Position numbers and translations under genes: made by a program. The notes under the pieces are model-generated. The model ran no database searches and was not told the origin of the DNA. It saw only the letters and a program-made list of their open reading frames with translations. From a virus (lineage: Duplodnaviria > Caudoviricetes): a stretch of 60,151 nt of DNA. Shown here piece after piece: positions 7,065 to 15,199 of the stretch. Position 1 is the stretch's first letter. Every line of letters begins with the position of its first letter. Location: IMG/VR virus record IMGVR_UViG_3300011334_000214, positions 1 through 60,151 of that record; one strand, written 5' to 3'.

Positions 7065-7550
7065 ATGGCATATCAAAAAATAAATGGCAATACCGCCTGT
7101 AACATTACCCCTCGAACTGACGGGTTGGTGTTGAATCCATCGGCTGCTGCTGCTAGTGGTTCTGCCACTTCTGTATCTGCAAACAACTTGGTTGACACAT
7201 CTGCTAACTTTGTGAACAGCGGGTATAGTACTACATTTCAGGCAGGTGATTACGTTGTCAACTTAACTACGGGAGAGTCGGCTACTATTTCAGCTGTTAC
7301 CAACAACACTACATTGGCATTGAATGCTGATATCTTCACCGCTGTTGGACAGAGCTATGCTGTAGTTGGAGCGAGTGAGAAGACTGCTGCTTGCGTGCTT
7401 TATGTTGGCACGGGTGGTGACGTAAGTGTTCGTACTGCATCGGGCGACAATGTTGTGTTCAGTAATATCATTGGTGGGTCTTTCTTACCTGTCAATGTAA
7501 TTAGAGTGTTTGACGATTCAACCGCTGCCGACATGGTAGCTATTTGGTAA
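7065..7550 (+). CDS. Putative virion structural protein
   Basis: Beta-rich, A/T/S-rich; LYVGTGGDV...FLPV.V.RV pattern. Confidence 0.65.
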   Translation: MAYQKINGNTACNITPRTDGLVLNPSAAAASGSATSVSANNLVDTSANFVNSGYSTTFQAGDYVVNLTTGESATISAVTNNTTLALNADIFTAVGQSYAVVGASEKTAACVLYVGTGGDVSVRTASGDNVVFSNIIGGSFLPVNVIRVFDDSTAADMVAIW

Positions 7551-7551
7551 T

Positions 7552-7707
7552 ATGCAGCCGATAGCCATAGGTTTATACATTCGAGGTTTTGCGATGGGTG
7601 GCCCCACGCCACCGGCGCTTGGCCCTGTTGAGGATGAGTTCATCCTTGCCGAGAATGGCGTTGACTTTTTGGTTACTGAGGATAATGACAATATCATAAA
7701 AGAATAA
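7552..7707 (+). CDS. Small virion-associated protein
   Basis: 51-aa ORF ending FILAENGVDFLVTEDNDNIIKE; fills the gap between neighbours. Confidence 0.6.
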   Translation: MQPIAIGLYIRGFAMGGPTPPALGPVEDEFILAENGVDFLVTEDNDNIIKE

Positions 7708-7709
7708 AG

Positions 7710-8747
7710 ATGGCGAATATAAAATTTTCTCAGTTTACAACCACTTCTCCTGCTGACACGGTTAGCTTGGTAGGGTATCTGAGCACAAATAACGTAAAGT
7801 TCACGATTGCTGACCTGAAGACTCAGTTCAATAATTCGTATGTAACACTTGGTAGTAATCAGACAATCACAGCAACAAAGCAGTTTGCTACGTTTCCAAT
7901 TTTAGGAAATCAAGCATACACAGCATCCTATGGGTCTGAAGTGAAGCTTTATAGTTCTCACAATGCTGACTCACGTTGGATTTTTAATAGCGTTGGTGTT
8001 CACAATAAAATCTTTTCATTCCGTGTGAATGACTTGCAGCGTTGGGCGTTTCGTGTAAACCAAGATGCTGAGTCAGGCTCTAATGCAGGGACTAACTTTG
8101 AGATTCGCAGATATAATGACGCAGGGACTTTCATTGATTCTCCTATCAGCATTACTCGTAGTAATGGCACTGTTGCTTTTGGTGGTAACATTGAGCTTTT
8201 GGGCTCAATGCAGCTTGGTGATGGAGTTACTCTTAGTAATGTCGAGCTTCAGGCGTTGGATGGCATAAGTACAGGTGAGACTATTCAGGAGCAATTGAAT
8301 AGCAGAAGCCGAGTTGTATCCGAAATGTCAATCGGCCTTGCTTCTATAGGTGCGGGAATTACGGCTGAAACTAATTTGGATACTATTGTTATTCCTGCAA
8401 ATACATTTGCTATAGGAGATAAATTTGAAGTTCACGTTGCGTTTTTCAATCCTTCAAATACAGGGACAAAGACATATAGGCTAAGATTAAATGGAACAGG
8501 AATTGGAAGCACGCTTATTGCGGGAACAGCTTCAGTTTCAGCTTCAGTAACGAATATGCTTGGAATTGTTGAGAGCAGAATAGTTACAGGGAATAACTTA
8601 TATTCCGCAATCTCAAGTACTTCATTATGGAGTTCGGCTTTGTTAACATTTGACCCTACAGTATCTAATACAATTTTTATTAATGGAGTAAAATCTGCAG
8701 GCGGAGATACGTTTATATTGTTTGATTGGAAATTGATTAAGGTATGA
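7710..8747 (+). CDS. Tail fibre / receptor-binding-like protein
   Basis: NQTITATKQF and ESGSNAGTNFEIRRYNDAG fibre-type segments; AT-richer C-terminal module. Confidence 0.65.
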   Translation: MANIKFSQFTTTSPADTVSLVGYLSTNNVKFTIADLKTQFNNSYVTLGSNQTITATKQFATFPILGNQAYTASYGSEVKLYSSHNADSRWIFNSVGVHNKIFSFRVNDLQRWAFRVNQDAESGSNAGTNFEIRRYNDAGTFIDSPISITRSNGTVAFGGNIELLGSMQLGDGVTLSNVELQALDGISTGETIQEQLNSRSRVVSEMSIGLASIGAGITAETNLDTIVIPANTFAIGDKFEVHVAFFNPSNTGTKTYRLRLNGTGIGSTLIAGTASVSASVTNMLGIVESRIVTGNNLYSAISSTSLWSSALLTFDPTVSNTIFINGVKSAGGDTFILFDWKLIKV

Positions 8748-8880
8748 TGAAATACGGAATAAATAATCCCGATGGTACAATTCAGTATGATGTAACCATT
8801 GAAGAATTTGAAAAAGCTAAATCAGAAGGGACTATTGTTTGGGTTTCTTATGATGGTATTGTATATCATCTATATTCAGA

Positions 8881-9273
8881 ATGACTATGAAACAGTGGTT
8901 GATTAATGTTGCTATTGCTCTTGGCGCTGTGTTGTCGCCAATTGTACCGTTATTTGCGACGGTAAGTATTCTGATTGCCTGTGATTTTATCTTTGGCATC
9001 TATCGTGCGTACAGGTCAAAGCAGGAGATTTCATCTCGCAAGATGGGTCACTCCATTTCAAAGATATTGCTTTACAATTTAGCGGTGCTTACGGTCTTTA
9101 TGATTGAGAAGTACGTGATGGACGGTTCTGTTCCCTACTCAAAGATTATCGTTGGCGTGATTGCCATGGTTGAGTTGAAGAGTATTGACGAGAGCTTCAA
9201 GATTTTGTACGGATACAGCCTTTACGATAGCATTCAATCAAAATTAAAACGAGGTCAGAGCGAAACAAAATGA
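8881..9273 (+). CDS. Holin
   Basis: Several TM segments, D...G...A, ELKSIDE motif, basic C-terminus. Confidence 0.8.
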   Translation: MTMKQWLINVAIALGAVLSPIVPLFATVSILIACDFIFGIYRAYRSKQEISSRKMGHSISKILLYNLAVLTVFMIEKYVMDGSVPYSKIIVGVIAMVELKSIDESFKILYGYSLYDSIQSKLKRGQSETK

Positions 9274-9668
9274 AACACTTGCTTCTTTTGTTGGTATTAA
9301 CGGGGTGTTGCAGGAAGATTCACCTGCATGAGCCTATTGATGACACCACAGGTACTGTTTATATGCAGACAAATCGTGTTATTCTGCCTGTAGATGGGCT
9401 TAGTACCCGACAGCAGGTGCGGTTATCGAAGCAATTAATCAAACATGAGTACCGATACCTACGTGATTCGGTGAAAATCGTGACGAAGACCGTGTATGAC
9501 ACGGTAAGATTGCGTGAGCAGACCATCAGGCAGGTGCAAGAGGTGGTGACTAAGGGTGAAGTAACCCAAAATAAGGACGATGAGGCGTGGAAGAAGTGGT
9601 TAATCTTCTCTGTTGTGGGGGGATTTGTACTTTTAGCGCTTGCTGTTTTGGTTCTCAGAAAAATTTGA
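9270..9668 (+). CDS. Putative unimolecular spanin (lipoprotein with C-terminal TM)
   Basis: Lipobox-like LTGC after a hydrophobic signal, plus C-terminal TM helix; follows the holin. Confidence 0.65.
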   Translation: MKHLLLLLVLTGCCRKIHLHEPIDDTTGTVYMQTNRVILPVDGLSTRQQVRLSKQLIKHEYRYLRDSVKIVTKTVYDTVRLREQTIRQVQEVVTKGEVTQNKDDEAWKKWLIFSVVGGFVLLALAVLVLRKI

Positions 9669-9692
9669 TACCTTTGTAAAAAATAAAATCCA

Positions 9693-9923
9693 ATGACACA
9701 CTTAACTGACCAAGAATTATCTTCATTGACCGAGTTGAACACCAATTTTGCAAAAGCAAAGATGGGATTAGGCGACTTAGAGATTCAAAAAAGCATGTTG
9801 CTTAACGACATTGCGGGAATGAAGAAGGAGTTTGAGGCCAAAGAGGCAGCTCTTATTGAAAAGTATGGAGCTGACGCTATCATTAATTTAAAAACGGGTG
9901 AAATCACCTACGAAGAAAAGTAA
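9693..9923 (+). CDS. Small coiled-coil protein
   Basis: ...LIEKYG...INLKTGEI pattern; promoter box at 9669-9676. Confidence 0.7.
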   Translation: MTHLTDQELSSLTELNTNFAKAKMGLGDLEIQKSMLLNDIAGMKKEFEAKEAALIEKYGADAIINLKTGEITYEEK

Positions 9924-9926
9924 ATA

Positions 9927-11225
9927 ATGGGAAAGATTAGCACATACCCTGTTGATGGGGACGTTTCAGGTAGCGATAAGCTTATTGGTACAGATTCTAC
10001 TAATGGTTCTACCAAGAACTTTACAGTAAGTGCCTTGGGCGAGTTCATTAATCAGAACTTCCCTGTTCCTACACTTCAACAAGTCTTGGATGAGGGTAAT
10101 ACTGCTACTGCTGACATTACTTTAACGGGTGATGTTAGTGCTAGCAATCTCAATACTTCTGCTAATGGTGACATTGCAGGAGACTTGACAGTTGGGGGGT
10201 CAATTGACGTTGATGGCCCTGCTGTTGTTGGGGCATTGTCAGCGTCTTCAGTTACATCAAGCGGGAATGGTAGCTTTGGTGGTTCTTTATCAGGTAGTTC
10301 ATTAGATGTTGACGGTTCTGTTCAAGGTGGTAGTGGGTCTTTTTCTACTACATTAGCAGCAAACTCGTTAATTCTTGAAGGTGACTTGTCTGCCAATGAC
10401 GCTACGCTTAGCGGAAACTTGTCTGCTGCGAGTGGTGAGTTTTCAGGTCAGCTAGAGGTTACTGATGACGTTATGGTTAATGGCTCTGTAACATCTAATG
10501 GGCTTCAGGTTAATGGCGGTACGTTTGAGTCATCTGTAAATGCCACTATGCAGGATATTTCTGCGATAGATGTGACTGCGTCGGGAGTGGTGTCAGGTGG
10601 TTCTGTATCTTCTAGTACAGATGTAACTGCAACCAATGATTTATATGTTGGCAGTGGTATCTCTTTAGGTAGTGACTTCGGTTCTACAGGTCAGGTTATT
10701 AAAAGCTCAGGCGGCGGTGAGCCATTTGCGACGTGGGAGAATATTAATTTTGACCTTGACTTGTTGATTGACTCTGCTCAGTTTGCGAATCAGGTATCAG
10801 GGACTGCAGGGCCTAATACAATTTTATTTGGCGGGCCTCAATCAACAACTGACGTATCATTGGCATCGAATGGATTAATTACATTTGCAACGGCAGGACA
10901 GTACTTGATTATGACTGACTTTATTTTCGGCAATATTGGTGGTGGTGGTGATGCACGACTAGCTGTTGCTATGTATAAAAACCCTGATATTGTTGATAAT
11001 CAGATTATTTCATTTGTTGAAAATAACAAATACCATAATGTTCAAATGGTATTTCCATTTACCGCAGCTGCAAGTAATGTGATTCAGTTTAAGATATCAA
11101 AGGATACGGCTCATTCTATTTCAGGTGGGTTATATGGAATCTCTACGTCTACATTCCCTGTATTATCTGACTTGAGTCCATATCCATCTGCTCGCATTCG
11201 TATTTATAAAATGGTTGTGTCGTAA
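9927..11225 (+). CDS. Tail fibre/spike-like protein
   Basis: PTLQQVLDEGN, G/S-rich beta repeats, C-terminal jelly-roll-like domain. Confidence 0.7.
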   Translation: MGKISTYPVDGDVSGSDKLIGTDSTNGSTKNFTVSALGEFINQNFPVPTLQQVLDEGNTATADITLTGDVSASNLNTSANGDIAGDLTVGGSIDVDGPAVVGALSASSVTSSGNGSFGGSLSGSSLDVDGSVQGGSGSFSTTLAANSLILEGDLSANDATLSGNLSAASGEFSGQLEVTDDVMVNGSVTSNGLQVNGGTFESSVNATMQDISAIDVTASGVVSGGSVSSSTDVTATNDLYVGSGISLGSDFGSTGQVIKSSGGGEPFATWENINFDLDLLIDSAQFANQVSGTAGPNTILFGGPQSTTDVSLASNGLITFATAGQYLIMTDFIFGNIGGGGDARLAVAMYKNPDIVDNQIISFVENNKYHNVQMVFPFTAAASNVIQFKISKDTAHSISGGLYGISTSTFPVLSDLSPYPSARIRIYKMVVS

Positions 11226-11452
11226 TGAATATCAGGAAGATAGCTATTGGGCCTGACTATAAGGGTGGTGCGATGCATTACCTTATGGGTCAGAAGGTTC
11301 TTGATAGCACTCATGAGATTCATCTAATAAAGTTTAACACCTTGAAAAATTCTTTTGAGGTGTATGTTATAAACAGCAATCAAGAAGTATTTTTGTGGAA
11401 GGAATTTACACAGATGATGCCGATTGTAGTTGAGTATAACATAAACTTTTAA
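11225..11452 (+). CDS. Conserved hypothetical protein
   Basis: 75-aa ORF coupled to its neighbours. Confidence 0.75.
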   Translation: MNIRKIAIGPDYKGGAMHYLMGQKVLDSTHEIHLIKFNTLKNSFEVYVINSNQEVFLWKEFTQMMPIVVEYNINF

Positions 11453-12019
11453 ATGAAATCACCATTCTATTTTATCGTAAAGCCATTAGGCGGAAAGCGT
11501 TATGACAATGAGAAGCTTATTGGTGGCGTTGATTTTTTCTTATCTTCTTCAGAGGAAGATTTCAAAACGTCTAACAGGAAAGCTGTAGTTGTATCTACGC
11601 CATTGTGGTATGATGGGCCGATTGCGGAGGGCGACCTATTATTGGTTCACCATAACGTATTCAAGTTCTACAATGACATGAAGGGGAGGCGCAGGAGCGG
11701 GCGCAGTCATCTGTTTGACGACATGTTCCTAGTTGACGTTGACCAATTCTTTATGTATTGCAAGGATGGAGAGTGGAATGCGCACAGTAAATATTGTTTC
11801 GTATCTCCTACGAAAGTAGATGAGGGAATGTCATTAGATAACTCAAGCAATGTCAGCGCATTAGTTGGCATAATGGAATACCCAAATGAGTATCTTGTAG
11901 AAAAGGGAATCAATAAAGGCGATTTAATTTCATTTTCTCCTGACAGCGAATACGAATTTTATTTGGACGATAAAAAAATGTATCGTATATTTGACCATCA
12001 AATCACAATGAAGCTATGA
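11453..12019 (+). CDS. Possible tandem GroES-like protein
   Basis: Two halves each with F(I/V)xP...(E/K)GD(L)-hydrophobic strand pattern, resembling GroES. Confidence 0.5.
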   Translation: MKSPFYFIVKPLGGKRYDNEKLIGGVDFFLSSSEEDFKTSNRKAVVVSTPLWYDGPIAEGDLLLVHHNVFKFYNDMKGRRRSGRSHLFDDMFLVDVDQFFMYCKDGEWNAHSKYCFVSPTKVDEGMSLDNSSNVSALVGIMEYPNEYLVEKGINKGDLISFSPDSEYEFYLDDKKMYRIFDHQITMKL

Positions 12020-12228
12020 GCAAGTACTTGAAACCAACTGATGCTGAAGATGTTGAAGCATTTAATTGGAAACTCAAGCATCTTGAATCTCAGTTGACAG
12101 GTGAGTTGAGTGATGAGCAGTTTGATATTCAAGCTGAGATTGGGGAGATTAGGCGTTTGCTTGCAAGCGTTGGAGCTCCTGAAAAGCCGAATGACTCTCC
12201 TTATGAGTGCTTCGGTTGCGGAAGTTAA
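12016..12228 (+). CDS. Small protein with C-terminal CxxCGS
   Basis: Ends YECFGCGS; promoter box at 11986-11993. Confidence 0.7.
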   Translation: MSKYLKPTDAEDVEAFNWKLKHLESQLTGELSDEQFDIQAEIGEIRRLLASVGAPEKPNDSPYECFGCGS

Positions 12229-12270
12229 AAGGTTTTTCTGTTTTCTATATTGTTTGTTTTGGTTAGATTG

Positions 12271-12303
12271 AAACCCGTCTGTTGTGAAACATGCGGGTTT
12301 TTT
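12271..12303 (+). terminator. Intrinsic terminator
   Basis: AAACCCGT...GCGGGTTT stem plus T run. Confidence 0.55.
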
Positions 12304-12319
12304 ATTTATATTTGCAAAC

Positions 12320-12703
12320 ATGAGCGTAGTCGCAGGTAATCTTGCCGAGATAAAGTTCTTATTATTATGTACTGAGAAAGGGTATATTGTCTCTAAGCCA
12401 ATCATGGATGGGTGCAACTATGACTTCATTGTTGACAGGGCAGGCGTTGTCAGTCGTGTTCAGGTCAAGTCTACCAATTGCTTTGCGCCACAAGGTAATT
12501 GCTATGTGCTTAATATCAATCATGGCAATAAAAGCGAGAAGAGGTATAGTAAGAGTTTGGTTGACGAGATTGCGGTGTACGTGTTTGACTATGACGCATG
12601 GTATTTGATACCTGTTGTTGGAGATAGCTTCACTACCTACATGAGGATAGCTCCTAACAATCCATTGTCAAAAGGCAAGTATGAAAAATTTAGAATCAAA
12701 TGA
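12320..12703 (+). CDS. PD-(D/E)XK homing-type endonuclease (PDDEXK_5-like)
   Basis: GNLAE..F, GYIVSKP, YDFIVD, RVQVKS; own TATATTTG box at 12307. Confidence 0.8.
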   Translation: MSVVAGNLAEIKFLLLCTEKGYIVSKPIMDGCNYDFIVDRAGVVSRVQVKSTNCFAPQGNCYVLNINHGNKSEKRYSKSLVDEIAVYVFDYDAWYLIPVVGDSFTTYMRIAPNNPLSKGKYEKFRIK

Positions 12704-12993
12704 GGAATAAGGTAGAAATTAAATCAAAGATTATTGAGGCGGGGTATGCCGCTGTCGATGAGTTAATCGAGGTAGCTCGTGATAAGATTATCAATAACAG
12801 CGAAGAGGACTTGTCTGCGGACAAGTTGAAGAATGCTGCAGCTACTAAGAAGTTGGCATTGTTCGATGCCTTCGAGATATTAAATAGGCTTCAAGCTGAA
12901 GAGGAAGCTATTGACATGGAACGTAAAGGAATAAGTTATGAAGACTCAAAGCAAGGCTTTGCCGAAAGACGAGCTAATACAGGTTCTAAGTAA
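12700..12993 (+). CDS. Putative terminase small subunit
   Basis: Small helical protein overlapping the terL start. Confidence 0.55.
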   Translation: MRNKVEIKSKIIEAGYAAVDELIEVARDKIINNSEEDLSADKLKNAAATKKLALFDAFEILNRLQAEEEAIDMERKGISYEDSKQGFAERRANTGSK

Positions 12994-15199
12994 TTACGTT
13001 CCTGACAAGACAATCCAAAGTAAGAATAAGTTTCGCAGTTGGAAGTACGGCTACAACGAGGACTACGACATGGTCGTTATCTCGAAGACGGGTTGCATCG
13101 GTGAGATTATCAATATCAGAGGATTAGCGATTGCTTTACCTGAAGTACCGAAAGATGTGGAGCGCAGGTCGTCCTCTCCGTCTGAGCAGTATTGGGAGCG
13201 CCGTCAGTTACCTAAAGAGTTAACACGCATTCAGTCTATCTTCCAATGGAATGATATGCCATCTGAGTTCAAGTCAAGATGGGTAGGCTATGTTGAGCGG
13301 GAGTTTGACTACCGTGAGCTAGGCTATTGGTTCATGAACAACGGAGTGCCAACGTACATCACGGGGTCTCACTACATGTACTTGCAGTGGTCTAGTATTG
13401 ACGTTGGTTATCCTGACTATCGTGAGGCCAACAGAATCCTTTGGTTGTTTTGGGAGGCTTGTAAGGCAGACCACAGATGTTTTGGAATGGTATATCTAAA
13501 GATTCGTCGTTCGGGGTTCTCGTTTATGTCAGCGTCTGAGTCTGTGAATGTGGGGACTATCTCTAAGAATGCGAGGGTTGGGGTGCTGTCAAAGACAGGG
13601 CCTGATGCCAAGAAGATGTTCACCGATAAGATTGTTCCTATCAATAGTAAGCTGCCATTCTTCTTTCGTCCCATCATGGATGGTATGGACAAGCCGAAGA
13701 CTGAGCTTGCCTATCGTATTCCTGCGTCGAAGATTACACGCAAGAATATGACGACGGTGAATGACGACGATGTGATTGATGGTCTGAACACCACGATAGA
13801 TTGGAAGAACACGGATGACAACTCTTATGACGGTGAGAAGCTAAAGCTTTTGGTTCATGACGAGAGCGGTAAGTGGTTGAAGCCCAATAGCATTGAGAAC
13901 AATTGGCGTGTAACAAAGACGTGTCTTAGGATTGGTAGCAAGATTATTGGCAAGTGTATGATGGGGTCTACCTGTAACGCATTAGCCAAAGGGGGTAGCA
14001 ACTTCAAAGACTTGTACTACGATTCAAACGTGCATACTAGAAATGGTAATGGTCAGACCAAGAGTGGATTGTACTCTTTGTTCATTCCGATGGAGTGGAA
14101 CATGGAGGGATTCATTGATAGGTATGGTATGCCTGTACTTAGAAAGCCTGAGACATTTGTCATGGGTGTTGATGGCGAGAAGATTACCAACGGGGCTATT
14201 GATTATTGGGAGGCTGAGGTAGATTCATTGAAGAATGACGCTGATGCGTTGAATGAATACTACCGTCAGTTCCCTCGGACTGAGTCTCATGCATTTAGGG
14301 ATGAGAGTAAGACTGCATTGTTTAGCTTGACTAAGATTTATCAGCAGATTGACTTCAACGAGTCAAGGATTGAAGCTCAACACTTGACCCGTGGAAGTTT
14401 CAGTTGGAGGGGAGGAAAGGCTGATAGTGAAGTTATCTTCACGCCTGACCAAAGGGGCAGGTTCTTAGTCTCTTGGTTTCCTCCTGCGGGGTATCAGAAC
14501 CGAATGATTGTGAGGAATGGAATGAAGTATCCTGCAAATGAACACATGGGGTCATTTGGGTGCGACTCTTACGACATCTCTGCTGTCACAGACGGACGTG
14601 GTTCAAATGGGTCGCTGCACGGGATGACTAAATTCCACATGGATGAAGGGCCGATTAATCATTTCTTCTTAGAGTATATCGCTCGTCCTCAGACTGCAGA
14701 GATATTCTTTGAAGATGTACTTATGGCATTGGTATTTTATGGTATGCCTGTCCTCGCTGAGAACAATAAGCCTCGACTCTTATACCACTTGAAGAACAGG
14801 GGATACCGTGGATACTCCATGAATAGACCTGACAAGCCGATTGCAAAGTTATCGGTTACGGAGCGTGAGCTTGGTGGTATTCCAAACTCATCAGAAGATG
14901 TGCGCCAAGCACATGCTGCTGCAATTGAATCGTACATAGAACAGTATGTTGGGTTTGACCTCTCAGGCAAATATAGAGACCCTGCGGAAATTGGAGACAT
15001 GCCGTTCATGAGGACTCTTGAGGATTGGGCTAAGTTCGATATCAACAACAGAACGAAGTATGATGCTTCTATCAGTTCGGGATTAGCGATTATGGCTAAT
15101 CAAAAACACTTGTATCAAGCTGAGAAAAAAGATAAGAAATTAGTTCTTAACTTTGCAAGGTATAGTAATGATGGCAATACAAGCCAATTGATTCGATGA
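12938..15199 (+). CDS. terL: Terminase large subunit
   Basis: KIRRSGFS Walker A variant, LVHDESGK Walker B, GST motif III, GCDSYD RNase H-like nuclease, ENN; precedes portal. Confidence 0.92.
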   Translation: MKTQSKALPKDELIQVLSNYVPDKTIQSKNKFRSWKYGYNEDYDMVVISKTGCIGEIINIRGLAIALPEVPKDVERRSSSPSEQYWERRQLPKELTRIQSIFQWNDMPSEFKSRWVGYVEREFDYRELGYWFMNNGVPTYITGSHYMYLQWSSIDVGYPDYREANRILWLFWEACKADHRCFGMVYLKIRRSGFSFMSASESVNVGTISKNARVGVLSKTGPDAKKMFTDKIVPINSKLPFFFRPIMDGMDKPKTELAYRIPASKITRKNMTTVNDDDVIDGLNTTIDWKNTDDNSYDGEKLKLLVHDESGKWLKPNSIENNWRVTKTCLRIGSKIIGKCMMGSTCNALAKGGSNFKDLYYDSNVHTRNGNGQTKSGLYSLFIPMEWNMEGFIDRYGMPVLRKPETFVMGVDGEKITNGAIDYWEAEVDSLKNDADALNEYYRQFPRTESHAFRDESKTALFSLTKIYQQIDFNESRIEAQHLTRGSFSWRGGKADSEVIFTPDQRGRFLVSWFPPAGYQNRMIVRNGMKYPANEHMGSFGCDSYDISAVTDGRGSNGSLHGMTKFHMDEGPINHFFLEYIARPQTAEIFFEDVLMALVFYGMPVLAENNKPRLLYHLKNRGYRGYSMNRPDKPIAKLSVTERELGGIPNSSEDVRQAHAAAIESYIEQYVGFDLSGKYRDPAEIGDMPFMRTLEDWAKFDINNRTKYDASISSGLAIMANQKHLYQAEKKDKKLVLNFARYSNDGNTSQLIR

